Shown: positions 49,265 through 62,777, counted from the first letter of the whole stretch. The stretch is DNA of 63,798 bases, filler included, from Intoshia linei (GCA_001642005.1; 7 parts of 7 records of this genome joined end to end with filler, not necessarily neighbours in it), one strand, 5' to 3'. Program-made: numbers and translations. Notes: generated by a model not told the origin, from the sequence alone.

Positions 49265-52200
49265 ATGAGTGGGAGTAACTCTATCGATGTAGTGTTTTAT
49301 TTTTTCATAAATAATACGATTATTTTAGAAAAATATCAAATCTAAATTTGAGGAAGTATATAATTACATAGAGACAAATGATCGAGATCATGGTACAAAT
49401 TTTTTATATTTTTTAAATTTTTAGACAATATTACCAAACTTTCTGATTATTCCGATACTTCCGAAAGCCTTCAATATATAAACGTAATTTTTATTTTAAT
49501 TAATATTTTTAAATATTTTTTTCTCGTCATAATATTATTTAGGCTGTATTTCAAGATTCGTTTAGTTTCAACAAAAATGTATGTCTCTTTGAAGATCGAC
49601 TTGTTCAAACATATTTAAAAATATACTATGAAAATAATACAATTAATTATCAAACTAATAAAAATTTAAAGACTATTTTGAACAAAACTCAAATTGCCGA
49701 AATGGTTTGTGGATTTTCATATTTTATATTTCATAATTGTAGATATATATAGCCAAAAACGAACTTTTAAATTCATGGAAATTATTACTATCTAATATCA
49801 GTTTTCAAATATTGGTATGATTACTTTTTTATTATACAACTAGCTTGACTGTTATGTACTTTATACAAACAGCATCCTAGCTTTGCCGAGGACGGACATT
49901 TTTATTCTACTATAAAAATAAATTCAATATATAAATAAAAATAAAGGGTAATTTGGTGTTTTGATGATGAAGATATGCGTTTTTGAGGCTGGGATTAACG
50001 ACAATGTTAATGCTTTATTAATGTATGTTAATAATAATTATTAATAAATGTATGTTTATTAAAATTATTGGTAAATTTTTTTATGACAAAAATTTTTTTT
50101 CATTTAATAGAAAAGTAAAAAAATTACGTAATAATTAATTAATATTTATTAACGTTTTTAATAATTTTTCATATATAATTTTAGAGAAATTATGAACAGG
50201 AAAAACTGAAAAAAATTTTATTTTTCAAGCATTTAACAATTGCTGAAAATTCATTTAAAAAGTTGCTCAATATTAAAGGTATAAACAATACAGAATTTAA
50301 AAGTTTTATTTTTTAATTTAATTTAATTTTTTAAAATTATCTCTCGAATTGTATTTTTATATTTGGTTTATTTATGTGGTATATTATTTTTATTCTAGGA
50401 CACTTAATTTTAATACATTCAATTTTATATGGGTATGAATAAACTTTAGTCAGTAAAGGATAAATTTGGCAACCACAAAACTATTACAATTATAAAATGT
50501 ACTTTCCGTCAATGCAATGTAATCGTAAAAGTTAGGAATCTTTATCTAAAACATGATGCAAGGCGGATCCAAGAGGCTAGTTAATGGGGTGCGATCGAAG
50601 CGAGCAATATATTTAAATTCGCCTAAGTCAAAAAAAAATTTAAGATCATCTCTTTTAATATCAAGGCGTCTAGTTTGATTTTAAAGCGTCTCTTCTAATT
50701 TCAGTTAAAAATTGTTATACAATAGTGTCCAAATTTGTATTTTTTTGCAATAATAAAAAAATTTAATGTTATGCGCCATCTTGTTTATATATTGTTTTAT
50801 ATATTGTTTTAATAAATTAAAAACTTTTTAGTTATTTTACAAAACATTAATTAAAAATTTAGGGGGCAACTGCACCTTCTGCAACCCTTAAATCCGCCAC
50901 TGTGATGGTATAAATTTTTTCGAGATTTGTCTTGTTTTGTCAAAACGAAAAATCCTAGAGTTTGTCACTTTTATAATTCTGTACATTGTATTATGAAATT
51001 TTGTTAATGAAATATGTTAAAATTTAAGATTAACTGAAGGTTTTAAGCTGTCATAATTAATAATGTGTATTTAAATTATATTACCAACATTTAGATTGTT
51101 ATTCCAATGTATCAAAAAGTAATATATTCACCGACAATGCAAATTTTGTTCGACTAAAATCATTGTTATTATTGACTCTTGATAAAAAGTATCGACTTTT
51201 GATTAATTTTTAATTTACATGATTTTAGATTTTCTAAATTAAAATTGAAAAAACTAGACATTCTTAAATTGTTAAATATTAATTTGCTTGTTTATCAAAA
51301 AAAAAAAAAACAAAAAGAACGTGTCAATACTCCAGCTTCAGAAATTTATAAAATGTATGAAAATACTTGCTATCCAAGTGATGAGGAATTTTTTGACGAA
51401 TTTGTTAAAAAATCTTCAGTATTATCATCGTCTTGCTTCAATGTATTTAAAGATTCAACGGTATACATATTTTTTCATTCTTTTATTATTTTTGATATAT
51501 ATTTTTTTAAATAGATTTCGGATAGTGAAAGTAATTTTATAATTTTCTATTTAATATTTAATTTTAGCTAAACTTGAATCTATAAATTTAAGTAGAGAGT
51601 CTTCTATTTGGTAAATTTATTTACAAATGTTAATATGCAATGTTTTTGTACTAATGTAGAAATTATATACATTGACCGTACAAATGGAGTTTCAGTCATG
51701 TTCTAATTTATATAGATAAGGAGAATGTGAGCGAATATTTATAATTATTATAATATTTTTATTTTACTTGACATATTGTCGACCGCTTTCTATTACATGT
51801 TAGAGACCGGGCCAGATGAAAATTGTAGGCCTATAATATAGGCCCTATAGCAGTTGTTCTCAAACTAAATTTAAATTTGACGGACCCCCAATTTTACCAA
51901 ATAATTTTTGTGGACCCCTAATAAAATATTTTTATCGATAATGAGTCTTAAATAAATTTTCAGTAATAAATAAAGCAAGATAAATCGACAAGGATATCCT
52001 GTTGGGGTATATATAATTTTTTAACATGTGCAATATTTAAACAAAAGTGATTTCTAACCCAATTATTACATAAATCTTGCATATGAAAATAATTTCTAAA
52101 TAAATTTTTTAGAGTAGTTAAATGATCCATAAAACTTGCTCATAAATCATCACAAATTTCTTGTTTAGATATTTTTAAAATATTATAAAGTGTTGGAAAC

Positions 52201-55200
52201 GATTCATAAATTGAGTTTTTAATCCGTATAAGTTAGTATATAAAGTTTAAATATAGTTGATAGAAAAGTTTAAAAAATACAAATTTTCCGTTTTTTAAGG
52301 CTGTGCTGAATTTTTTTCTTTAATTGGTTGTTAAATTTGACTTTTTATGATAGGAAAGTAGAAGCCATTATTACATTAAGTTTTTTGAACGTATTTATTA
52401 AATGATGGTTCCAAAGTATAATACAAATGTATTAATATTGCCTATATGTAAGAATTTTGTATTCATTTTGTATCTGCTTCGAAATATTTTATTTTTCAAA
52501 TAGCTAGATGGTGATGCTAGATGTTCAAATATGGTAACTGTAGTTTTTTCACATAGATCATATGGAATGAAGGGTCCAATTATGTTGGATTAATTAATAT
52601 GTTATCTGTGAATAATTAATCTAACCCAACACCTTAATTGGTAACCGTAATTTCATATAGATCATATGGAATGAATGGTCCAATTAGGCTGGGTTAATTA
52701 ATAAGATATGATTTTTCATATAGAATTTGGTCGTCTAAAAACTCGCTTATCAAAAAATATCGACACGACTCGAGGTCTTAAATCTATGGACTTAACCCGA
52801 TAATCAAAAACTATAGACATAACATATGAACCAAGATAAATTACTTACTATTACGTTAATCTAGATGGCCGCTTTACCGCCATTATGTCAAGACAACTTA
52901 AACGAATGGTTTAGAAAATTGGTCCTTTAGCGCCAGCTATATGACCACCTAACAGAAGATGAGCAATACAAAGCAATATTGGAAGGACTACCTACAAATA
53001 TCACCGCTCAACGTCTACCCAAAACCGTACCGCAAACAACACTATGCGCGTATTTACGGATTTTGTTTAATACTCCGCTAATAGTTGACAACCAGTCCGT
53101 TCCTAAACCAAAACCAAGCATAACGAAGATCCTTGATTACGTTAAGAATAATGACGTCACAATGTCCTTTGGAAACGTCACACCCTCCCAATAATGTTCG
53201 GATGTGAGATTAGTTACTCCTAACATCTCAAATCAGAAAATTCCTCCTCTATTCATTAAGACAGGACAGATTAATTCTGCAAAATCATCCCCTACTCTCA
53301 GTAATGCTAGTCAGTCATCGGTATCCACCTGGAAACCTGTGTGCAGAGACAGCCAACAACGACAAGAAACTGCTAGTTACCAACATAGGATGGCCCGTCT
53401 CAACCTAATATCCAAGCCTTAATCAACCTCCCATCTCTCCGTAGACCAATGATGAAAGTCATCCAAACTGCCGAAGTAACAGACATCCCTCGATGTCTGA
53501 TATATAACGCGTTTTTGAAAAAATGTCTGGAAATCGAAGACATCTGTCTGTTTAATAATACCTATGGATATTGAACCCACAAACGATGTCGATATATCCA
53601 TTCCTTATATTGCCCAACTGCAAAAAATATAAAAATGCCATCGGACAGTGTCCTCTCACCTTAAAACCCGCCTTTAAACCTGGATTACCAAACGAAATAG
53701 CCAAGAAAAGAATACAAAATCAGTTATAATTACTAACTAACTCATGAATTATGTGATAGTTTAGGGATTAGAAAATGTAAAACTACTAGTTATCATCTAG
53801 AATGTAATGGTCTTGCCGAACATGCCGTTCAACAAATTAAGGCGGGTCTTCATCATTTCGCTCAGGCTGATGATGATTCCGATTGGGATGATCACCTTAC
53901 TTCCGTTCTTTTCGCTATGCGTACGAATGTTTTTAAATCCACTAAATTTAGTCCAGCAGAATTAGCCTTTGTCCTGCCACTACAGTGTTGAATCATGAGC
54001 TTTCCTCAAAACTTCCTTGGACTCCATCACATAAATTCTATCGACCTCTTGAGAAAACTAGGGTTAAGGCATTACAAAACCAGTTACATACAGATAAAGC
54101 CACTGCTAAGATGTATAACAAGAAAGCGTTTCCTAAAACTTATAATTATTCTTTAAAGATTTTATTTTTGCATTCATATAACAAACTACATTTTACATCT
54201 TAGAAAATTTTGAAAAATAATTTTAAATTTAAGAATAATTAAATTTCTCGAGATTTTTCGAGAGCAATCACTAAGTAAGGATAACGCCAAACCGTCAATA
54301 CGGTCATAATTATCGAAAAACCAAAATGGTGGTATTGAGAGGTCTCACTGTATTAGTAATAATATTAATGTGTCACGAAATTTTTTTTAATTGAAATTTA
54401 TGTCACTAAGTGAAGCTGACTGGAAATCACTGTCTTAAGAAAACTTTAAATCACTTTAACCTAACGGTCATTTTGGACTCAGATTTGATGTTTGATAAAA
54501 TTGCAGTTTATGTAAATTATAATTTACAAAAAATTAAAAACTACCTGAACCTTCAAATGTATGATAAAATGTATTTAATATTAATGCTATATTTTTGTTT
54601 TAGTAAAGATCATGTTGTAAATTATGGGAATATCAAGTTACCAGTATATTTTTGTTGTAAATATAAATACAGAGTTTAATACATTTAACAACGTATTTAA
54701 ATTTAAATTAATCCACTAAATTTTTAATTAATTATTTATGCATTACAAAAATTAAATACATATACATGTAGTAATATAGGATTTTCCAAATTTTTTTTAT
54801 TATGGATCCACAAAATTTAATTGTGGATACCATTATTTGTATTTTTATATTTAATTTAATAAATTATTCTATATATCAAGGCATTCAAAACGTTTTTTGT
54901 GGACCCCATTTTTAAATATACAAATACCATGAACCCAAAAAATAATAATTATTACATTTTAAAGAATATAAATAATTTTTTTCTTGTCCCATGATTCCTC
55001 AATAATATCATAATTTTCATGATCCAAGAGTCCATATGAACAATTTTGGCGACCCCTATCTTATACAAACATGTATTGAATAAATCTAATTTTAATTGAT
55101 AATTTAGCGCAGCAATTCAGAACATTTAATTATCCATAAACATCACGATTATTTTGAATGTGGTGACTTTGAAATTAAAATAAAGTGGCGTAATTTCAAA

Positions 55201-55444
55201 GAATATGAATGTTTAGATATTAATTATGAACCTAATGTAATTTTCGATAATTGTAATTAATATTTTTTTAATTTTTAACTAGGAATATAATATAAATCAT
55301 TTTTGCAAGTTAAAATCAAATATTACTTATGATGAATGGATTCAACAGGAATTGGAAAAAGATAAAATTTCTAAAGTTGAAAATTTTAATTTAAAAGATA
55401 ATGTGGTGAATGATAGAGAAAATGAAATTGATCCACTTTTAAGG
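49265..55444 (+). CDS. Multi-exon gene of unknown function with a chromodomain-like segment; 3' end unresolved
   Basis: Phase-consistent exons approx. 49265-49288, 49329-49392, 49425-49483, 49543-49704, 49743-49814, 50185-50278, 51095-51188, 51229-51460, 51515-51530, 51569-51610, 54604-54643, 55108-55236, 55283-55444. Confidence 0.7.
49840..50010 (-). mobile_element. Helitron-like copy 5 (deleted)
   Basis: a|ctagcttgactgttatgtac..acagcatcctagc terminus. Confidence 0.65.
50559..50902. mobile_element. hAT-like MITE relic
   Basis: Imperfect TIRs CAAGGCGGATCCAAG / CTTAAATCCGCCACTG; no clear TSD. Confidence 0.5.
52720..54150 (+). mobile_element. Internally deleted Ty3/gypsy relic (gag-like part plus integrase core) in an intron
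   Basis: Integrase TTSYHLECNGLAEHAVQQIK..DWDDHLTSVLFAMRT..STKFSPAELAF at 53780-53970; gag-like EQYKAILEGLP near 52960; a ~55-nt direct repeat upstream at 52548 and 52652. Confidence 0.8.
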
Positions 55445-55775
55445 GTATATTAAATTATATAGGATATACCGTCGTTCACTTTAAAATCTAGGTTTTATGC
55501 AGAGGTACCTCTGCATTTCTGTATTTTTTCAAATTAAAGTGCTTTTTTTTAGTTTAATTATGATAAACTAATATTAATAATACCACTAATCTACCTATAT
55601 TCAAACGACACCCCTGTAAAAAGATATTTCCCAGTCTTTTACGCCCATTTCTGTAAAATTTCGAAACGTTGCAATTTGCAAGGATCTAATTCAAATCATT
55701 ATATACTTAACATACAAGCCATACAAAAAATTATGTCAAAATTAGTTTTTAAAACCAACGCGGGTTCCTCTATAC

Positions 55776-55964
55776 CTGGGGTGTCAGACTCAATTTACTT
55801 GGCGGACCAAATGTGAAAAAAATAATTACGCGGGCCGAAAAAAATTGTAAAAAAAGAAATATGTGTAAAAAATTTTGTTATAAAAATATGTATTATAATG
55901 TGGGCCGCTCATTCCATAATTCGGAATACTCAAATGGACCGTGGGTCGCATAATTTACACCCGG
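55776..55964. mobile_element. hAT (Charlie-type) MITE
   Basis: Ends CTGGGGTGTCA / TTACACCCGG; TSD ctctatac/ctttatac. Confidence 0.7.
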
Positions 55965-56134
55965 CTTTATACGGAATAATTCGCAACAAGTTTAGGTGGT
56001 ATGGCCTAATTTTTAAAAATTAGTCGCTTATCATTTAAATCATGGGTTCTTAACCTGGGGTGCCAGAAAATTTAATAATAAAAATCATTTTACAGCTATA
56101 TTTTTTAAACTTGAATAAAATTTCGAAAATAAAG

Positions 56135-58391
56135 TAACCGTGATATGGTTAAAATTCTCGATATACCGAATTACAAAATACTGACGGATCACGATCGACT
56201 TGCCGGTGCTGATGGTCGGGAAAAGAAATGTTATGGCAAAATGTTAATGGATTGTGGAAACATGAAAAATGTTGAATTGCATATTACGGATACGGTTAAT
56301 ATCATCGGTTGTAAAGCATTAATAGAATCTGGTGCTATCACAATACATCCTGTGGACTTAAATTTCAAGTATAATTGGAAAAAAAATAATGAAATTAGTC
56401 CTAAAAAAAAAGTTATTCGGACATTGGATAAAATACAACCTAATATCTCATTTATAAACCCAGAATTTGTTTACCTAACACATAAGTATAATCAAATATT
56501 TGCAAAAACACCAGGTAAGTGTACATTCGAAATTAATCACAGCATCAAACTGCCAGATGAAACAAAATCTGTAAGAGGGCCGTTTTACACAACACCGATG
56601 AATCTGCGGAATCTAGAGGCTGAAATGATTAGAAATATGATCAATGAAGGTTTAATAGAACCCAGTCACAGCCAATTTAGATCGCTCCATTGCATGAAAC
56701 GAAAGAAAAATGGAACATACAGATTTTTAAATGATTTTAGGAAATTAAATGAATTAACCATTAGAGACACATACCCTCCTGCCAACCAGCAATCAATTAT
56801 TAATGATACATGTGGGAAGAAAATATTTTCAACTTTGGATTTTAAGTCGGGTTATTGGCAAATACCAATTAAACACACTGATAGACATAAGACAGCTTTC
56901 TCATGTGGCGTAGGAAACCGGGTATTTCAATTTAGGGTAATGCATATGGGTTTAACGAATGCATCGGCCACATTCCAAAGAGTAATGAACCGATTGCTAA
57001 AAGATATACCAAACGCTTCAGCTTACATCGATGATATCATTGTGGCTTCGAATAACCTAGCAGAACACAAAACTGATCTTGAAAAAGTATTTAAAGCAAT
57101 ATCTGAAGCTGGACTCACATTAAATTCTGAAAAATGTACCATCGGAGAGAAACAACTTTGATTCTTAGGGCAGATTATTGATTACCGAAGAGCTAGATCT
57201 GATCCGGACAAAATTGATTGTATTAAAAGTTTAAAAAATCCTCGAAATATTAGAGAGGCTCGATCTCTTATGGGTGTCACAAACTATCACCGACAATTTA
57301 TTTCCAATTTTGCTGATATCACCTGGCCGATAAATGATGCTAATAAGCGTACACCTTTTAAATGGAGTTCAACATGCGATATGGCTTTTACCAAATTAAA
57401 AGAATGTCTACTACGGCGCCAATACTATCAATGGCTGATCTGAATAAACCTTTTACTCTGGAAACGGACGCCTCAAACGTTGCATTTAGAGCGGTGTTGA
57501 AACAAAAAGATCATCCAATATATTACGCAAGTAAAATCCTGAATGGGCCATTGTTGAACTACTCTACGATTGAAAAGGAATTAGCAGCTATTAATTGGGC
57601 AGCCAAAAAATTTAAATATTATCTGCTGGGGAAAAGCAACGGTGTATACGGATCACAAACCGCTAACCTATTTGTTCAAAACAAAAAATTTAACGAAAAG
57701 GCAGTTTCGTCTAATTAATGAATTGCAAGATTTTGATTTGGAAATCATATAGCAGACGCATTATCCAGATACACGACAAATTTTTAAATAACAATTACAA
57801 GGGAAATCGATAAACCCACTAGTAATGAACAATCAAACGATGTCGAAATATGTGAAGCAATTCAGCATTTACTGACGGATAGGAAGATTTCAAAAGGAAA
57901 TTATCTCAACAAATTAAGTAAACGACTTTCAGTGCAAAACAACAAATTGTATCTGCGACGAAAAAGATATATAGTGCCAATCGTATCTAAAGGAATTATT
58001 GAAAAAAAATCGAACAACTACATTTGAACCCGCTTTACTGTCATCCAGGGATGAACAAAATGTATCATATTCTGCGTAAAGAAATGCACAGTCGCAACAT
58101 GGTCAACTTAATCAAGGAATTTGTGACCAAATGTGAAACATGTAACTCACAGAAGGTTCGTAATCGTGGTAGAGACGCCCCATTAAAATCTGTCAAAATC
58201 TCCAAGTTCTATTGACGTCCAACGATATATTGAACTATTACAAGAATTTGATTTCGATTTAATATATATACCAGGAAAAACAAATATAATAGCAGATATA
58301 TTATCGAGGGATGTAGATTCTGTTGAGAATAATGATAAAATAGAGGAATGGGAATCAGTATACTTCACAAAAATTCACGATACTGATCAGT
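56135..58391 (+). mobile_element. Degenerate Ty3/gypsy pol (RT, RNase H, integrase Zn finger)
   Basis: DFRKLN, LDFKSGYWQI, GLTNASATFQR, YIDD; stop at 57159; [22 protein letters not shown]; HPGMNKM..CETC; a second RNase H C-terminal fragment LQEFDFDLIYIPGKTNIIADILSR at 58235-58310. Confidence 0.93.
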
Positions 58392-58776
58392 NNNNNNNNN
58401 NNNNNNNNNNNNNNNNNNNNNNNNNNNNNNNNNNNTTAATTAATTAANNNNNNNNNNNNNNNNNNNNNNNNNNNNNNNNNNNNNNNNNNNNTTGACACAT
58501 TTGAAAATAGTGATCATAAAATGTGCTCATATGTTAGTCCAAAGGGGCTAAATTTAATCTGATAATTCACATTATTATTTGTTTATGTTTACCAATGTCA
58601 TTGTCTATGATCTTACAATATTTTACACATATAAAAAAAGGAAATTGAATACACCACCTATTGATATGGAAATGTGAGTGGTAAATATGAAAATAATGAA
58701 AAAATTTATGTTCATGTCAAGAATTAGAGTAAAGTTTTGTTTATTCAAACTTTAGTCTATATTTTGACACAAATAC

Positions 58777-59896
58777 CTTTGTTTCTTTATGTCACTATTT
58801 CTCATATGAACTCTTTTAATTGAGGATGATAGTGATGCTTAAATCTGCTATATCCGTGTTTACTATTAAACCCTTCTCCTGAAGTACGCAGAAGTACCAA
58901 ATACCACTCATAATAATACATGATATAAACTAAACCTGTAAAGATCCACTTACGTCATGAGACGAGTTATACGAATTGTCACTAGAAGTTTTAGATGGAT
59001 GGATATTGTTAATATGGCAGGCATATTTTTCAAGATGATCAACTTTTTTGAGATCATGAATTAAACTTTAATTTACTAGAATTACTAATTTACTAAATTA
59101 CTAGATTGATTCATAGCCACGATAGGTAAATTCTTCAATTGATTAGATATAGATATTCGTTTAACCAAGATGGAAATGTCATAAATTTATGAAAAATTAA
59201 ATTTTTTATTTGAAATATTTTTGCGTTTAATATTTTTAGGTGGGGAGTAAACTAGGGGCTCTAGTTTCAACTTGAAAACTTCTGCGTACTTCAGGGGAAG
59301 GGTTTAATTTAATTTCCATTTTAATAGGGCTTTTCACTCCATTAGACAAATTGGAATTTAATTATAACCATCTAGAAAATCCTTTTAAACATCGACGCTA
59401 AAATTTACTTTTGTTTGTGTACTATGACTGTCTCTTAAAACAGGGTTTGTGTTTTCAAGTTTAAAATGTGTTTTAGAGGTGATAGAATGTTGTTGAAATT
59501 GATCATCATATATAGATTTCAAAGTGGTATTTGGAGTAATTTTCTCATTTTTTGAATTGTCATTAGATAAAATAGAACTAACAGTGTTCTGTGACAAAAT
59601 ATAGACGATACTAGGAGTACATTTAATTTTCTCTATAGTTGCATGGTTTAAAAAATTTTGCATTTTATTAATTATATTCATCCTTTTCTTTTGTTTATTC
59701 TGTTCCCTTTTAACTTCAACTTTTTCACAGTCAATTTTATTATAAATTCGAATATAATCGTTATGATCCAACCTAGTTCCAGTTGTACCAAAATCTTGAG
59801 ATTCAATGGTATCAATTGATTTATCATCAGGCCTAGAATCGTTTTCACATTTTAAATTCAAAGATTTTTGAATTATATTGCACAGATTAAACGTAT
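58777..59896 (-). CDS. Minus-strand exon block, low-complexity hydrophilic; possibly pseudogenic
   Basis: Acceptor tag at 59897-59899 (minus strand), open exon to a donor at ~59408; further candidate exons ~59066-58954 and ~58838-58777; not all phases reconcile. Confidence 0.45.
58870..59303. mobile_element. TTAA-flanked TIR element
   Basis: 26-nt TIRs ACCCTTC(T/C)CCTGAAGTACGCAGAAGT (25 of 26 identical); TTAA on both sides. Confidence 0.85.
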
Positions 59897-59961
59897 CTAG
59901 TAATAAACGTAGATATGTTTTATATTTTCAAAATATTTTATAATTTGCATTTAATTTTAAG

Positions 59962-60458
59962 GTTCAAATATTTTGTCACATTTTTACCAATATCGTTATA
60001 TATATTATCTAATCGCCAAAATATAACATTACCGGACTTTTCACATAAAAAAAATGTAAAATTTATCAACAGCTTTTTTATTTTTTTAGACTTATGACAT
60101 TTCTGGATATTCATGTAACAACAACGTATATATAAATTTTAAACATGACTTGGGAATACCTGATTACGCTTTAAAATTAAGCGGTAATTTTAAATTTATG
60201 TTTGATTAATTTATTTTAGGTGGAAACATAATAGATAGTAGTAAAAGTTTTTGTTCAAAAAAACCACCGTCTCTAATATTAAATGTTTATATGCTTTTAT
60301 TTGTATAATTTCGTTTATAGAATAATGTCGACCCGGGAAATTGTTGGATTACTGTTCTTAAAGATGCTTTTGTTAAAATTGCCATTTCTGAAAAAGTTGT
60401 GGTGGAGAGTATCAGTATTGAACAGTGTTCAATACTGTTTGTATACAAACCAAAATAA
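59962..60458 (+). CDS. SUN-domain (Sad1/UNC-84) protein exons; domain truncated, possibly a pseudogene
   Basis: Exons ~59962-60055, 60090-60183, 60220-60284, 60321-60458: hydrophobic FKYFVTFLPISLYIL, then HDLGIPDYALKLSGGNII..PPSLILNNNVDPGNCW..VKIAISEKVVVESISIEQ. The DYAL..GG and PGNCW motifs are SUN hallmarks. Confidence 0.78.
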
Positions 60459-60544
60459 GACAGTACCAATATAAATTATGAACAAATTACTCCTCATACA
60501 ATCACATGTAATATACGAAAGTAGGCAAACACTACTTTACAATA

Positions 60545-61400
60545 CACTGCGTTCCAAGTTATTATGCAAACATTAATAATTTAAAAAGTAGTCACTTAAT
60601 TATTTTAATTTTTTTATCATATTTATATATTCCACTAATAATACTTTAACATCCCAAAAAAATGAATACACGAAGATTTAAAAAAATTTTGTGATCTTTG
60701 GTGTGCCAAATTATTATGCAAATAAATATTAAACAATAATTTCTTGTTAATACGAATAAATAAATCTTTTTAAATAATATAATCCATTGTATTTTTAACC
60801 AAATTCAGACAAAAAAAATGTAATTAAACTTTACATACATTATATTATATTGTATTAATATACCCCTTTCCGGGATATTACAAGAAAAAGTCGTTTATCC
60901 ATGGATTTCGTGAGGTTTTAGATTGTTTTGTTTTTTTTCAAAATTGCATGCCATAGATCGTTTTTTGATTGATATTGTTTATTCCCACTGTATATCTTTA
61001 TTTTTAATTATGGACCATATATTTTCAATACAATCAAGATCGGGAGAATTTGGCGGTCAACACATTATTTTTTCTGATCCATAGCCATTTGATAAAAAAT
61101 ATTTTTTTGTATGACAAAATGCGTGACTTGGGGCATTATAATGCATAAAAATGAAATTTTTAAGAAAGCTTTTTCCTCTTTTTATTATCCACGAAAAAAC
61201 AAATTACCACGAATTACCAAATATTAAATTAATGGCATCTTCAATATTGTTTGAAAAAATTGCAAAATTAAAGAATTTACAACATAATTTAATATACAAT
61301 ATAACCTCGTTATTCGCCCAAAATGGTGATTTGAAATATCAGGCGAATAACGGAAGTTATACTGTACTTCATTTCAAGTTATTTGAGGTTTATTTTTGAA
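60545..61400 (-). mobile_element. Degenerate Tc1 (IR/DR type), 3' half
   Basis: TA|CACTGCGTTCCAAGTTATTATGCAAA with an inner direct repeat at ~60706; minus-strand NAPSH and PPNSPDLDCIENIWSIIK. Confidence 0.85.
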
Positions 61401-61582
61401 ATTTTACTAGTTTCTATGAAAAATAAATTAAGATTAAATGTAACCTTAATATTAGTTTACGGTTATATTAATGGTTTAAAAAATAAAAATATACTCTGAA
61501 AAACATGAAAAAATATGAAAAATTTAGGCGAATAACGGAATGACCGAATATCGGATGTTTTACTGTATATAATTATATTATA

Positions 61583-62273
61583 CAGTTGTGGCCAAAAAAA
61601 TGCATATATTAAAAATAAGATATTTTGTAGAATTAAATAAAAAATTATTTTACTACCTACATTGTAATTGTGTAACAGCATATTATTTGTATTTTATTTT
61701 ATTGAAATCGGTCTTGAAATCACATATTTATAGAATAATTAAATTAGAGCGAACAAAAAAATGCATACTTTATTTAGATCAATTAACCCGCCATTTTAAA
61801 AGACGAAATTACATTCAAATATTTTTTATTTTACAAGCACATGACTAAGCAGTTAGGAAAAGAGGAAAAATCTCAAATTTTGGCAAGATATTCTGATGGT
61901 TGGAATCAAAAAAGGTTGGCACACTTTTATGGTAAAAATCAAGGTACCATATCACGAATATTAAAAAATATTAAAATTAATAAAACTTTCGATCGTAAAA
62001 AAGGTAGTGGACGTCCTCCAACACTACGAAGAGTATGTTCCGCTAATGACCTTAAAACATATTCAGTTTGCAGAAAACCATATTTAAGGAAAATACATAT
62101 TGATGCAAGGTTTATATTTGCAAAACATTACTTGTGGAGTGGGATGGACTATTGGAAAAACGTTATTTGGTTTGATGAATCCAAAATAAACCTTTTTGGG
62201 TCCGATGATAAGCAGTATATTCGCAGAAAAAAAGGAACTCGATTCAATTTAAAAAACATTCGCCCAACAATTA
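61583..62273 (+). mobile_element. Tc1 element 5' part with internally deleted transposase (ORF from 61841)
   Basis: TA|CAGTTGTGGCCAAAAAAATGCATA, inner direct repeat at ~61754; HTH region, GSGRPP, RKPYL, WKNVIWFDESKINLFGSD. Confidence 0.9.
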
Positions 62274-62373
62274 NNNNNNNNNNNNNNNNNNNNNNNNNNN
62301 NNNNNNNNNNNNNNNNNTTAATTAATTAANNNNNNNNNNNNNNNNNNNNNNNNNNNNNNNNNNNNNNNNNNNN

Positions 62374-62777
62374 GCATAGCTCAACCTCGTTTGAATGCGC
62401 TCTCCTTAATGTCAATTGAGAATGATACTTTGAATGATATCAGTTTTGATAATATCATATCTGATTTCTCTCAGAAAAAAATGAGAAAACAACATTTGTG
62501 AAGAATTATCAAGAATTTTTTGTGACTGCATGGTGTATATTTTCAAATAAAAAAGTAAACTTTCTTCATTAATTAATGTAAGTAGGTTTTTGTAAAAGAA
62601 ATAAAAGTTACTAGAAACCTACATAATATCTTTTAATGCTTTTATTACTCAATGAAATAAGACTCTAAGTCTCCAACGAACAGTATGCCCTGTCTTCTAA
62701 ACAGGACACCTAAATCTTAACAGGGCCTCCGGTCCTTTTCTTAGCCCAGGGCTACGAAGTGGCTTAAGACGGATCTG
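62374..62777 (+). mobile_element. hAT transposon 3' end (dimerisation domain and TIR)
   Basis: QPRLNALSLMSIEN..ISFDNIISDFSQKKMRK*; ends GGCTTAAGACGGATCTG. Confidence 0.8.
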
